35,094 nt of DNA from Deltaproteobacteria bacterium (lineage in GTDB: Bacteria > Desulfobacterota > GWC2-55-46), in contig JAKAIQ010000001.1 in NCBI GenBank assembly GCA_021825035.1, forward strand, positions 1-35,094, read 5' to 3'. Shown here piece after piece: positions 15,329-24,770 of this stretch. Below the pieces are notes generated by a model, which did no database searches, had not been told where the DNA came from, and was given only the letters and a program-made list of their open reading frames with translations. Made by a program: the position numbers and the translations under genes. How positions within the stretch are numbered: the stretch's first letter is position 1; every line of letters begins with the position of its first letter.

Positions 15329-17107
15329 TTACGGCCCTATCCTCCAACCCCAAATTTTTGTAGACCCGGCAGTTATGTACGCCCCGTTCCCCTGGACATC
15401 CATTTTGGCCCGGACTTTCCAAGTGGTAGAAGCGGAAACGTGGACGAAGTCTACCCCGGCAGGCAATGTAAAACCCGTGCCTGTGTTGACTATGGAACAA
15501 CCGCAAACCGAATTTGTTCCATCCGACAACTGCCAACTATACCCGTTAGATACTCCGGCCGTTGGATAAACAGATACGCTCCCTCCCACCAACCATGTGC
15601 CCGCCGTGAGGCTGATGCTGGGGCCGTTATACCAGACTCCGGCGGTTGGCATATTTATATTCGCCGCCAGAGTGGCAGAGAAATAGTCAGTCCCATTCAC
15701 CAGCGTCGTTGTCCCGCCCGCGCCGTCGCCCTTGAGGATGGACGTGCCGGACGTGAGAGGGCAGTAGCCCATGCCCGCCCATGAAGAGGCGGTCCCGTTC
15801 GTCGTCAGTACCTGACCGGAATGGCCGGTCTGCGCTGGCAGGATGTAATCGGCGTCTCCCGGAGATGCGGCCGATGCGCCAGTGCCGTTCCCCTTCATGA
15901 TCCCGACCACGGGCGTCGTAATGGTTATCGCGGGCGTGGAGGTCGGGTTCGCCACCGTGCCTCCGAAGCCGTTCGCGGACGTTACGGCCAGGCTTGTCAA
16001 CGCGCCCACGTCTGCACCAGTCAGGCTCAGGCTGGTGCCGGACATCGCGTGCCCGTTCAGCATGAAGGATGTAGGCACGGCCCCCACGTCCGAGGCCGCC
16101 AGGGTTATATTCCCCGATAGTGGCTTGGAGTTTACGGTGGTCGTGGTGGGCACCTTGCCGGAAAGGCTCGTATTTATCGCGCCCAGGTCGGACGACAGGT
16201 TCGTCACGTCCGCCTCGTTTATGGAATGGTAGCCCGGAGTGGTCGTTATCCCGCTGTTGTTTCCAAAAAACTTATGCGGCGCAACGCTTGACAGCGTGTA
16301 GGCCAGTGCGGGTGCCGTCGTAGAGTTTGTCACGGCCGCAGTGAACAGGGGCGTCAGGTTCCCGGACGAGAAGTTTGTAACTGTGCCGGTGCCGGTTACG
16401 GTCGTCCAGCCGGAGTCGTAATCGGCGTTGCTGTTCTTTACAAGGACCTGTCCGGTAACACCCCCTGCCGGTACGCCTGTTGCCGTGGGGAGGTTATACC
16501 ATCCCTTGGCGCCTGCGCCGTTCGTGCCGTAGACCTTAGAGTTTCCGGGCGAGGCAGAGTCCCCGGCCAGCGTTACTATGCTTCCCGAACTTACCACGGA
16601 CTGCCCGAAAGAGACCTTCGCCGCATAGGAGCCCGAGTAATCGGCGAATATGGGGACTACGTTGCCGCTCCTGCCATTAAAGCTAAAAACCATATTGGGG
16701 ACCCCGTTTACTATCGACCACGGTATGCTCGTGACCCACGCATTCAGTGTTCCGTCGCTGGAAATCGGTATGGCCCCCACGGAAGGGATGGTGGACGCGC
16801 TTGCCGGGTTCTGCACGACAAGGGCGGAGCCGTTAAGGGTGGCGGTCCCGTTGGCGGCGCCACGTCTCGCCGCCGTATTGCCTGAATACGTATTGAACGA
16901 AGCCTCGTCCTTCTTTGTGGTTATCGCCGCCCCAAGTTCCGCGAACGCTCCATTGAGGCTGTTGATGAACTGCCAGCCAGTCCCGTCCGGGACCGGGAAG
17001 GTTGACCAGGCATAGGCCGTACCCTTCCCGATTATCAGGTTTGAGAGATAAAAAACGGATGCAATCAACAACACTATTACGACGGCCGAGGCGATGTATT
17101 TTTTCAT
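15329..17107 (-). CDS. tail fibre-like protein with N-terminal hydrophobic anchor
   Basis: Repeated fibre-type motifs (FNGRSGNVVPIFADYSG, GNITLAASDVGAVP, LSLTGADVGALT). AAGGAG SD before the ATG at 17107 (MKKYIASAVVIVLLIASVFYL). Confidence 0.7.
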   Translation of the reverse strand: MKKYIASAVVIVLLIASVFYLSNLIIGKGTAYAWSTFPVPDGTGWQFINSLNGAFAELGAAITTKKDEASFNTYSGNTAARRGAANGTATLNGSALVVQNPASASTIPSVGAIPISSDGTLNAWVTSIPWSIVNGVPNMVFSFNGRSGNVVPIFADYSGSYAAKVSFGQSVVSSGSIVTLAGDSASPGNSKVYGTNGAGAKGWYNLPTATGVPAGGVTGQVLVKNSNADYDSGWTTVTGTGTVTNFSSGNLTPLFTAAVTNSTTAPALAYTLSSVAPHKFFGNNSGITTTPGYHSINEADVTNLSSDLGAINTSLSGKVPTTTTVNSKPLSGNITLAASDVGAVPTSFMLNGHAMSGTSLSLTGADVGALTSLAVTSANGFGGTVANPTSTPAITITTPVVGIMKGNGTGASAASPGDADYILPAQTGHSGQVLTTNGTASSWAGMGYCPLTSGTSILKGDGAGGTTTLVNGTDYFSATLAANINMPTAGVWYNGPSISLTAGTWLVGGSVSVYPTAGVSNGYSWQLSDGTNSVCGCSIVNTGTGFTLPAGVDFVHVSASTTWKVRAKMDVQGNGAYITAGSTKIWGWRIGP

Positions 17108-17120
17108 TGTGTATCGCTCC

Positions 17121-17504
17121 TTATGGTAGAAGGGCACCGAAATCGCTGAGCGCCCCCACGTCCGGAACGGAACCTACGCTTGGGAACGCATGGCCTATTA
17201 CCGTGAGCACTGGAGAAAGCGAAAGGTCCGGGTTCACCGTCATCAGGTAGCCGTTCTGCACACAGAAGCAGTTCGTGCCGTCCGAGTACAGGCTGTGCGT
17301 GAAGTTCGCTGAGACCTTCACCATGCCCGGCCTTTGCCACGGGAAGCCGTCCCGGTCGAGGTCTATGTTCAGCGCGGCGGCAAGCTCGGTCGGCTTTATG
17401 TCGGTGCGCGGTTGGATGTTCACTATGCCGTCGAACTTCCCAAAGTGGACCGACTGCGGGAGTCCGGCTGATTTCGACCTAACAGTCTGCGTCTGTCTCG
17501 CCAC
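17121..17504 (-). CDS. hypothetical structural protein (127 aa)
   Basis: ORF track; operon context. Confidence 0.65.
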   Translation of the reverse strand: MARQTQTVRSKSAGLPQSVHFGKFDGIVNIQPRTDIKPTELAAALNIDLDRDGFPWQRPGMVKVSANFTHSLYSDGTNCFCVQNGYLMTVNPDLSLSPVLTVIGHAFPSVGSVPDVGALSDFGALLP

Positions 17505-17519
17505 TAGTTTACCTTCCGG

Positions 17520-18512
17520 TTAGGACTGGCCCGCGAAAATGAGTTTCCTTTTGGTATTTTCCACGAACATTCCGTACTGGTTCTCGAAGTAAGTCGCAAG
17601 CTCTGGGTGCAGCGTCTCGGAGTCGTTCTTCAGGTACGCGCACCTCTTGGCCCAATACTTCACGCCCTCAAGGTATTCATCGTCCAGTTCAAGCTCAAGG
17701 TCGGTGATAACGTTGCCGCTCGTATCGAATACGGAATTGAGCGGCTTCCGGTAAACGGTCGCATCATACGTGTAGTTGATGTCCGGCGTCGGCCATACGA
17801 TGACCGTGTGAGGGGCCGCGTCGGTTATCATCATTCTCGGTGTAGCCGGAGTCGTGTTGCGCCAGCCGGGAACCATCCTGTTCATCCAGCCGAGCGTCTT
17901 CTTCTCAAGTGGCCACCTGCCGCCGTGCTGCTCCAGGATGTCAACGACGAACACGCGCGGGTCGATTGCATACGCCGATACCCCAGCAAGGAGGTAAATC
18001 TGGCAGATGGACGTGCCGCCGGAAAGCGACGGGGCCGTACCCACGAGGTTCCCGCCGGACGCCGCGACTATCACCGCGTACCCGTTCGGGTTCGCGCCCG
18101 TACCTGCTACTGCGGTCAGGGTCAGCGTCCCGCCTCCTGCACTCGCGTCAGCCGCGTATACCGGGTTCCCGGAAGCGATGTAGCCCGCAGTAAGCATGAA
18201 TGCGTTGATGTTGGCCGCGAGGTCCGTGGCGGTCTGTGCGAGGGTCGCGTTGAACGGTACGGCCGCCGATGTCACGGTAATCCCGTTCACCTTCACGCTG
18301 TCAACCTGCCCGGACGTACCGGCCAGCGTAATCACGGCGGAGGCCAGGACCTCGCCTACAGTGAAGCTGTCCTTGAATATCCTTGTGTCGCGGCAAAACT
18401 TCACCTGCCCCTCCTGGATATGCCCGGCAAGCTCACGGTCGGTCCAGAGCGGGACAATGCCGTTGTCGTCGAGTTCGTTGCGCAGTATATTAAGGAGAAG
18501 TCCTACATTCAC
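17520..18512 (-). CDS. hypothetical virion protein (330 aa)
   Basis: ORF track; lies between the head genes and the fibre; shares a module with the 13724-14605 product. Confidence 0.75.
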   Translation of the reverse strand: MNVGLLLNILRNELDDNGIVPLWTDRELAGHIQEGQVKFCRDTRIFKDSFTVGEVLASAVITLAGTSGQVDSVKVNGITVTSAAVPFNATLAQTATDLAANINAFMLTAGYIASGNPVYAADASAGGGTLTLTAVAGTGANPNGYAVIVAASGGNLVGTAPSLSGGTSICQIYLLAGVSAYAIDPRVFVVDILEQHGGRWPLEKKTLGWMNRMVPGWRNTTPATPRMMITDAAPHTVIVWPTPDINYTYDATVYRKPLNSVFDTSGNVITDLELELDDEYLEGVKYWAKRCAYLKNDSETLHPELATYFENQYGMFVENTKRKLIFAGQS

Positions 18513-18859
18513 GCCGTCGCCTCCGCCAGTTCTTCGGCCTCCGGTTCCTGCGGCTTCATCTCCTCGGCCGTCCTTATGCGAATCCTCGGACGCTTCTTAG
18601 GCTTCGCCTTCTTTCTGGGAGTGGCCTTCTTCTTATCCGCGACAATTGGCTGCTCCGGCTTCTCTGGCACTTCCTCAACCTTCTGTGCCTCTACCGAGTC
18701 GGACTCCGGCGCATCGCAGGGTTCCATGTACGGAAGCATGGCCTTCAGAAAGGTCCACGGCATTATCCGGCCGGTCTCCCTGTTCCTGAGATGGGTCGTA
18801 GTCTGGACGGGGTTCTTGTTGATCTTTTCCTGTTTCTGCTCGTCAATTTTTATCGGCAT
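18509..18859 (-). CDS. small protein, paralog B, with highly basic C-terminal tract
   Basis: PVQTTTHLRNRETGRIMPW motif; KKKATPRKKAKPKKRPRIRIR tract; GGAGG SD. Confidence 0.65.
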   Translation of the reverse strand: MPIKIDEQKQEKINKNPVQTTTHLRNRETGRIMPWTFLKAMLPYMEPCDAPESDSVEAQKVEEVPEKPEQPIVADKKKATPRKKAKPKKRPRIRIRTAEEMKPQEPEAEELAEATA

Positions 18860-19034
18860 TTACTGGACCCTCCGCTCCCGAAGCTGTCTCTGCCTCGGCT
18901 GGTGCGTCTTCCGCTCCCGGCTCGGAATAGTTGTAGGGTTCCATGTTTGCAAGCCCAGCCTTGACCGCCGACCACGGCATGATGCGGCCGTTGTCCTTGT
19001 TTCTCAGGTGTGTAGATGTCTGCGTCGGTCCCAT
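18843..19034 (-). CDS. small protein, paralog A (63 aa from the internal ATG)
   Basis: MGPTQTSTHLRNKDNGRIMPW; AAAGGAGAG SD before the ATG at 19034. Confidence 0.6.
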   Translation of the reverse strand: MGPTQTSTHLRNKDNGRIMPWSAVKAGLANMEPYNYSEPGAEDAPAEAETASGAEGPVNADKN

Positions 19035-19093
19035 GCTCTCTCCTTTTTCTTGGAAGGGAGACGAGGCCCAGAAGGCCCCGCCTCCCGAATTCA

Positions 19094-19405
19094 TTAATGC
19101 TTGAGAATTACTCCGGTGGTGGAGGACGAGTATTTGGTGAACGTAACCCCACCTACCGCAATCGTGGTCGCATGGACTGCGCCATAGGTTGCTCCGCTCA
19201 CGTTCGTGAAGGCTCCGGTGGAACCCGATACCTTCCCAGTCCCCCTGAAAGTGCCTGCGCCTACGTCGAGTACCGTGGTGCCCGACGTGTTCTTTATCTT
19301 GCTGCTGGTAAGCTCGCCTATGCTCATCTGCTCGCGCTCAAAGGCATAAGCGCAGGCCGCTATCAGGACCAGAACGATGGTCAGCGGCATTATCCATTTC
19401 CTCAT
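19094..19405 (-). CDS. putative lipoprotein (103 aa)
   Basis: MRKWIMPLTIVLVLIAAC fits a lipobox (IAAC); AGGAGG SD; Gly/Thr/Ser-rich mature part. Confidence 0.65.
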   Translation of the reverse strand: MRKWIMPLTIVLVLIAACAYAFEREQMSIGELTSSKIKNTSGTTVLDVGAGTFRGTGKVSGSTGAFTNVSGATYGAVHATTIAVGGVTFTKYSSSTTGVILKH

Positions 19406-19447
19406 GTCATGCCTCCTTCCCCTTTATCCAGGGTATCGGTTAAAGGT

Positions 19448-19903
19448 TTAGGTCTCGTCGGCGCAGAGGGCCACGACTTCGACCGAACCGGCGACTATCG
19501 GCCCGCCCGTCACCGAGAGCGTCAGGCAGATGTAGGTGTCCGCCGGGGTCAGGTTCAGGTATCCGCCCGCCGTCACGTAGGCGTCCGTCCCGCCCGCACC
19601 GGTGGTCAGAGTCCCGGCGGCGGCGTTCAGGTTCGCGCTTGCGTCGAAGCTGTTGTTCGACACTGCGGACCCGACAATATCGCTGTAAATGCCGACCGCC
19701 GCCGTAGAGGTGAGGCCGGTAGGCGTCACCACTTTTAATGTCACGTTCTTGCACCTGTGACCGGCCGGTAGCTTGAAGGCGTAAAGCACGTCACTGGTAG
19801 CCACGCCCGCGAGGTCGAAGGTGTGCGTCATCTTGTAGTCGGGCCTGCCACCCGCCGCGTCGGAGGGACGCCCAGCCTGTAACTGTAATATGTTGTTTGC
19901 CAT
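19448..19903 (-). CDS. hypothetical virion protein, candidate capsid decoration/cement protein
   Basis: 151 aa immediately after the capsid gene; AAGGAG SD. The function is positional inference only. Confidence 0.6.
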   Translation of the reverse strand: MANNILQLQAGRPSDAAGGRPDYKMTHTFDLAGVATSDVLYAFKLPAGHRCKNVTLKVVTPTGLTSTAAVGIYSDIVGSAVSNNSFDASANLNAAAGTLTTGAGGTDAYVTAGGYLNLTPADTYICLTLSVTGGPIVAGSVEVVALCADET

Positions 19904-19981
19904 TGCTATTTCTCCTTGTTTGCGTTAAGGCCTGGAGCCGCCGTTTTCAGGCGGCCCCGTGCCTAAGTTATTTGCCGAATC

Positions 19982-20950
19982 CTAATACACTACGGAGACG
20001 CCCAGGCGGTTCGGCTTATAAGTCTTGAACCCGTAGGTGACCAGGCCCTTCAGTATCGTCTCGAAGGTCTTGGACGGGCGGGAGTTTTCCAGCTTTTTAA
20101 GCTGCGAGGCGTACATGATGCAGCCCTTGCCGCCGAAGAGTACCTCGGTGCAGGTCGTGCCCGAGATGGTCGTGGTGGCCAAGTGCTCGTTCACGTAGAG
20201 GTTGAGATTGCATATCGGGTACGGAACCCTGCCGTTGCCCTTCAGGATAGAGCCGTCCTTTTCGCCCATCATGCTCGCGGACTTGATGTCGGAGTTCATT
20301 ATCAGGTTCATCACCCACTCCGGCACTATCGCCCACCTCTGGCCGATGGGCACGTTGGCCTCTCCGAGGACGGATGAAAGGTTCGTGAGCCACTGGATCA
20401 TCGAGGCCGCTACAAGCTGGAGCGGTCCGCCAGCGGCGCCGATATTGGCGGTGCCGCCAATGTTGTACCTGTGCGACTTTGCGCCAGCATTGGTGGCTCC
20501 GACGACGGTGTTGTTAACGTCGGCATCCGCACCTACGCTCTGGAGTATCACCTTGTCCTGGTCGTTCTTCACGTCTATTGCCGCCTGCGCCATCAAGGCG
20601 TTGCGCCAGTTCGCGTTCTTCTTCATCTGCGCTTCCTGTATGTCATCGATGATGGGGGAGAACGCGGCCGACCGGTTCAGGTAGAGCGTGACCTTCGGGC
20701 TGTCGAGCGCGGTCGTAACAAGCTCGTCGCCGGGGCCGAAGTCCCTCTGGATGGGCACGTTCGGGATATTGGACATTATCATCGTGTCCCCGCCCTCCTG
20801 AAGCTCGCCCGTGGTCTCGCATATCTCCTCGAACGTGTTTACGTCATTGTCCTTTTCAATCAGGCCCGGATACCACAGTATCGGGGTCAGCCCGTTCGGG
20901 CCGGACGAAGACATATCGTTTAAAATGCCTGGTGCTATCTGCATAGCCAT
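19982..20950 (-). CDS. major capsid protein (candidate)
   Basis: 322 aa directly downstream of the scaffold-like gene. The assignment rests on size and order; a GC hairpin follows the stop. Confidence 0.7.
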   Translation of the reverse strand: MAMQIAPGILNDMSSSGPNGLTPILWYPGLIEKDNDVNTFEEICETTGELQEGGDTMIMSNIPNVPIQRDFGPGDELVTTALDSPKVTLYLNRSAAFSPIIDDIQEAQMKKNANWRNALMAQAAIDVKNDQDKVILQSVGADADVNNTVVGATNAGAKSHRYNIGGTANIGAAGGPLQLVAASMIQWLTNLSSVLGEANVPIGQRWAIVPEWVMNLIMNSDIKSASMMGEKDGSILKGNGRVPYPICNLNLYVNEHLATTTISGTTCTEVLFGGKGCIMYASQLKKLENSRPSKTFETILKGLVTYGFKTYKPNRLGVSVVY

Positions 20951-20982
20951 TTCAAATCTCTCTTTCTGCCCCTTTCACGGGG

Positions 20983-21990
20983 CTAAGAGACCCGCCCCTC
21001 CTGTATGGCAAGCACGAGGTCGTCGTACATGGCTTTCGCGGCAGGAAGCGGCTTCCCGTCCTTGTAATACCTGCCGGCGGAACCCTTGAAATACTCCGTC
21101 TCGAACTTGACCTTCTCGGCGCGGGTCCATATTTTTTTGTCTGGTGCGGGCTGCTTCGCGCCCCTGCCCGCTCCCGGACCTGCCGCCTGTTCAGCGAGCA
21201 GTCTTTCCCTCTCGGCCTTCTCTTCGTCGGCCGCGAGGTCGGGTACGGGCGCGAGCGTGGCCTTGTATTTGGCCAGCTTGTCCAGCACCTTGTTTACGTT
21301 ATGGTTTGCGTGTGCCGTCTTGAAAACATCAAGCCAGTCGTTCTCTTCGAGCCATGCCGCGAACTCCCGGCTGTTGCCTATTTCATAGGCGTCGGGCATC
21401 TGCGACAAAAGTTTCTCGTCGTATAGCTGCGCCGCCGACTTGGTTATGCCCGTCTTGAGCGCGCCCACCTCTTCGGTCACCGGGCCGAGGATTTCGCGTA
21501 TCATCTCCTCGGTCATGCGCCTGTTCTGGCGGACGAGCCGGTTCACGGCCTCTTCTCCGAACTCCTGCCTGAGTGCTTCCATGTCCTCGTCGTTCTCGAC
21601 TGCGGGCTTCGCAGCGGCGGCCGTCTTCTTGAGGGCTTCGTTCTCGGTTGCGAGCGCGGCGATTCGGGCGTTAAGGTCGGCCAGTTCCTTTGCGCGGCCT
21701 TCCTTATTCAACATCCCCTGGAGGACGTTAATCCGATGCTCAAGCTTCTCGTAGTCCGCCTTCGATACCGTGTCCACGGGCGCTGGCTTCGGTTCGGGCT
21801 TTGCCGGTTCGGGTATCGTCTCCGATGGCTCGCCCTCCGTCTTGGCGGGTTCCGGCCCCTCAAGTTCGAGGAGCGGCGTCTTCTCAATCAATTCCGCCAT
21901 TTCAGCCTGTTCGCGTTCCACCTTGTCTGACACCTCGGCGGCCTTGGACTTCATTTCCTCAAGTGTCGGTTGCATTACTCCTCTGCCCAT
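20983..21990 (-). CDS. scaffolding protein (candidate)
   Basis: 335 aa; very acidic and Lys/Ala/Glu-rich, helical-looking; lies between portal and capsid. Confidence 0.65.
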   Translation of the reverse strand: MGRGVMQPTLEEMKSKAAEVSDKVEREQAEMAELIEKTPLLELEGPEPAKTEGEPSETIPEPAKPEPKPAPVDTVSKADYEKLEHRINVLQGMLNKEGRAKELADLNARIAALATENEALKKTAAAAKPAVENDEDMEALRQEFGEEAVNRLVRQNRRMTEEMIREILGPVTEEVGALKTGITKSAAQLYDEKLLSQMPDAYEIGNSREFAAWLEENDWLDVFKTAHANHNVNKVLDKLAKYKATLAPVPDLAADEEKAERERLLAEQAAGPGAGRGAKQPAPDKKIWTRAEKVKFETEYFKGSAGRYYKDGKPLPAAKAMYDDLVLAIQEGRVS

Positions 21991-22130
21991 CTCTATCCCC
22001 TTTCGGCCAATCCGTCTTTACGGGCTTTGACCACTGTGCCGATGGCCTTCGGGCCGGTTCAGCGTTTACGTTATGCGCCTCCGATGGATGCAGTCCCCGT
22101 CAGGACATGCGGTTCCTTTAGGCGCGTCCC

Positions 22131-22427
22131 CTATCCAATAAGCGGCCTCTCGTCTCCGGCAGCCCTGCCGTCCGCTATCCTTTTCAAACTCTCCGCTGCC
22201 GTCTCCACCTGTTTTATAAACTCGGTGATGGCCTGGCCCTGCCCCTGTGCCCACCTTGCGAAGTAGTCCTCAGCGCAGGCGTTCCCCCCAAGCACCTTGA
22301 GCGAGCCTTCCAGCCAATCCTTGATGACCGGCCACTCCGGGCTGCGCATCAGCCGGACGAGCGCATCGTACTGTTCCACGCTCGGCCTGAGCAGCCCCCT
22401 ATTCGGGTTGGACGTTACTCTGTCCAT
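22131..22427 (-). CDS. hypothetical protein (98 aa)
   Basis: ORF track; overlaps the upstream gene by 13 nt. Confidence 0.6.
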   Translation of the reverse strand: MDRVTSNPNRGLLRPSVEQYDALVRLMRSPEWPVIKDWLEGSLKVLGGNACAEDYFARWAQGQGQAITEFIKQVETAAESLKRIADGRAAGDERPLIG

Positions 22428-22669
22428 CCGTCGGCCCTCAGTTCGGCGGGTATCGACATCCCGGACGAGGAGCCGCCGACGAACACCCTCCTTGCGGCCT
22501 TGCGCATGTTCTTTGCCTCTTCCTCCATGCGTTCGGCCTGCACCTTCGCTGCGTCCTTTGCCCTCTTCATGCGGTCCGGGTCGGACTTCACCTCGTTGGC
22601 CTGCATGAGGCGGCGCGCGTCTTCTTCCGCCTGCCAGTCGCGTGAGGTCATCGTCATATCCGGTCTCAT
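22415..22669 (-). CDS. hypothetical protein (84 aa)
   Basis: GGAGG SD 5 nt upstream; charged, helical-looking. Confidence 0.6.
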   Translation of the reverse strand: MRPDMTMTSRDWQAEEDARRLMQANEVKSDPDRMKRAKDAAKVQAERMEEEAKNMRKAARRVFVGGSSSGMSIPAELRADGWTE

Positions 22670-22680
22670 AAAAACCTCCG

Positions 22681-24714
22681 TCAGTTTTTTACGGTTGAAA
22701 AATCGCGGCCAGCCGTCATGTTACCGGCCGCATCTGTCTCCGCCGGTTTAGCGGGCGGCGCTGCCTGGCCCTGTTGCGCAGCGTTCAGGTCGCCCTTGAG
22801 TATCCGGCTTGGGTCGCTGCCCTCTTCCTTCAGCATGTCCTCTAAGTCGTTCTTGCGGCCCTCCATTCCGGTTATCTGTAAGTCGGTCGGGTTGTTCATC
22901 CCGGCTATGCGCTCCTGTCTGCGCCTGAGCTTGAGTTCCTTGGCAACGAGCGAATGTATGCCCTTGACCGTGACCTTCGCGACGGTCTTGATGGACTCGT
23001 CCTCGTCGAACAGCATGTTGTGGTTGTAGAGTCTGGCTATCGCCGGAGCTATTAGATTTGCCTCGATGTTGTCTACGTGAAGCTGGATGCGCAGGTTCTT
23101 GGCCGTCTCCGCGATAGATGCGCCGCCGAGCGTCGGGTTCGAGTCTGGGGCGGTTGGGTTAGGTATCCCGGCATCCATGTAAGCCTTCCCCTCGAACTTG
23201 TCGTAGACGGCCATCAGCGGGTCCGCCTTCATCGGGATGTCGTTGAACTTGACGGCGAAGCCTTTGCTCATCTGGTCGCTCGTGGACACTACCGGTGCCC
23301 ACGGCTCGGGCTGCCAGTTGCTCGCGTTCGGTACGCGGTCATAGTCCACCTCCGGGATCGGGCCGGACGCTATCTCTATGTTCCGGCGCAGGTCCAGGAA
23401 GGCATCGCAGCAGAGCATCTGCGGTGCGCGTATCTGCTCGCACAGGCTCAGGTACCAGAACTGACCGGGCTCCATGCCGTAACCCGTGGCAGAGTATGGA
23501 TGCTCACCAAGCGGGTTCGGGTTGAGAACGCAGCGGATGACGTGCCGGCCGATAAGCCACGCCTCTACCTCGTATTCGATGTCAGGATCCGGTATCCGCT
23601 TCTCGTCCAGGCCGTATTCTATAAGCAGGCTGCCGGGCACCGAGCCCCAGTAGTTGAGTGCGTCGATGAGCGGGTCTTTCTGCTCGGCGGTAGGCTCGAC
23701 CTCTTTCGTAATGGCGGCCACGTCGGACGTGATGGTCTGCGTAACCCATCCCTCAAGCCCGCCCTGGTCATACTCGGAAAGAACCGCCCGAATCTCTTTG
23801 TCGTTGTAACCCGGAAGGCCAAGGAACTTGTTTATGTCCGCGCGGGAGAAGCGGTAGAAATCTATCAGCCCGCCCTTCCTGATGTCCGTAGTCCCGACGA
23901 GCGGGTATATGTTCTCGGGTGGACGGCGCTCGAAAATCACCCGGCGCTCAATGCCAGCCTTCATAACGTACTTGCCGCCCTTGCCGCGTACCCAGGAAAG
24001 AGACTTTTCGTTCCTAAGAACCGGGCCTTTAAGTACCGAGATCACGTTCCGGCAGTAATCGACGATGCACTCGTTTAGCGCGGCCGGACCGCCGCCCTCG
24101 TCCCACTGCGTCCGTATCTTCTTGTCCATCCCCTCGACTCGGCCCTTGGCCTCTTCTTTCAAGAGCACCTGAGCATGGTTGCGGGCCTCGGTCATCTTGA
24201 GCGCGAGTGCCTGCCCCAGGGCCGATTCATCAACCGGCTGCCCGGCGGCGGCCATCGGGGCCACCACTTCTCGGACGGTCTGGTTGAATACGTTGACCGT
24301 AATCTCCTGCTCGATGTCAGGCGGCAGGTCCGGCTTTGGCTCGACATCCAGCGTCCAGGGCGGGTCGTTCTGTTCGAGGATCGCCCGTATCTTCGACTGG
24401 AGCGTGGTGGACACGCTGTTCGTAATCATCGGGTACAACTTGCTGCCGCCCGGCATCTTGGCAATTGCTGCGAGCTTTTCCGGGTCATACAGGCCCCGCC
24501 ACTGCCGGAGGTTGCGGAGCATCTGGGCGTCTATGCGCTCGGCGCGGGCATCTCTGGCTGCCTGCCAGTCGCTTCGGATAAGGTCGGCGAGCCGGGACGT
24601 TACCTCGGTACCATCGACCTCTCCCTCGGCAACTTTTAGCGCGGAATCGAGTTCGTCCACGGTCATAAGCGCTTCCGAGTCGGACTTCTTTTTGCCCATC
24701 AAGCCAGTCGCCAT
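22681..24714 (-). CDS. portal protein (candidate)
   Basis: 677 aa between terL and the scaffold/capsid genes. Start moved to the ATG at 24714 (GGAG SD), because the track start lies inside a terminator hairpin. Confidence 0.7.
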   Translation of the reverse strand: MATGLMGKKKSDSEALMTVDELDSALKVAEGEVDGTEVTSRLADLIRSDWQAARDARAERIDAQMLRNLRQWRGLYDPEKLAAIAKMPGGSKLYPMITNSVSTTLQSKIRAILEQNDPPWTLDVEPKPDLPPDIEQEITVNVFNQTVREVVAPMAAAGQPVDESALGQALALKMTEARNHAQVLLKEEAKGRVEGMDKKIRTQWDEGGGPAALNECIVDYCRNVISVLKGPVLRNEKSLSWVRGKGGKYVMKAGIERRVIFERRPPENIYPLVGTTDIRKGGLIDFYRFSRADINKFLGLPGYNDKEIRAVLSEYDQGGLEGWVTQTITSDVAAITKEVEPTAEQKDPLIDALNYWGSVPGSLLIEYGLDEKRIPDPDIEYEVEAWLIGRHVIRCVLNPNPLGEHPYSATGYGMEPGQFWYLSLCEQIRAPQMLCCDAFLDLRRNIEIASGPIPEVDYDRVPNASNWQPEPWAPVVSTSDQMSKGFAVKFNDIPMKADPLMAVYDKFEGKAYMDAGIPNPTAPDSNPTLGGASIAETAKNLRIQLHVDNIEANLIAPAIARLYNHNMLFDEDESIKTVAKVTVKGIHSLVAKELKLRRRQERIAGMNNPTDLQITGMEGRKNDLEDMLKEEGSDPSRILKGDLNAAQQGQAAPPAKPAETDAAGNMTAGRDFSTVKN

Positions 24715-24729
24715 GCTCGCTCCGGGATG

Positions 24730-24770
24730 AAAATAAAAAGGCCCGGCTCCCATTTATGGGAATCGGGCCT
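24730..24770 (-). terminator. intrinsic terminator immediately upstream of the portal gene
   Basis: Minus-strand RNA GAGGCCCGAUUCCCAU-AA-AUGGGAGCCGGGCCUU followed by UUUUUAUUUU. Confidence 0.75.

Noticed and set aside
17607-19097. 496-aa plus-strand ORF, the longest unexplained ORF in the track
   Set aside because: It runs antisense across three well-supported minus-strand genes. Its product is Arg/Gly/Val-rich and low in complexity, and it has no SD. This is the typical shadow ORF of GC-rich coding DNA. The same reasoning applies to 23077-24078, 5545-6054, 8458-9081, 9199-9858 and 10091-10753.
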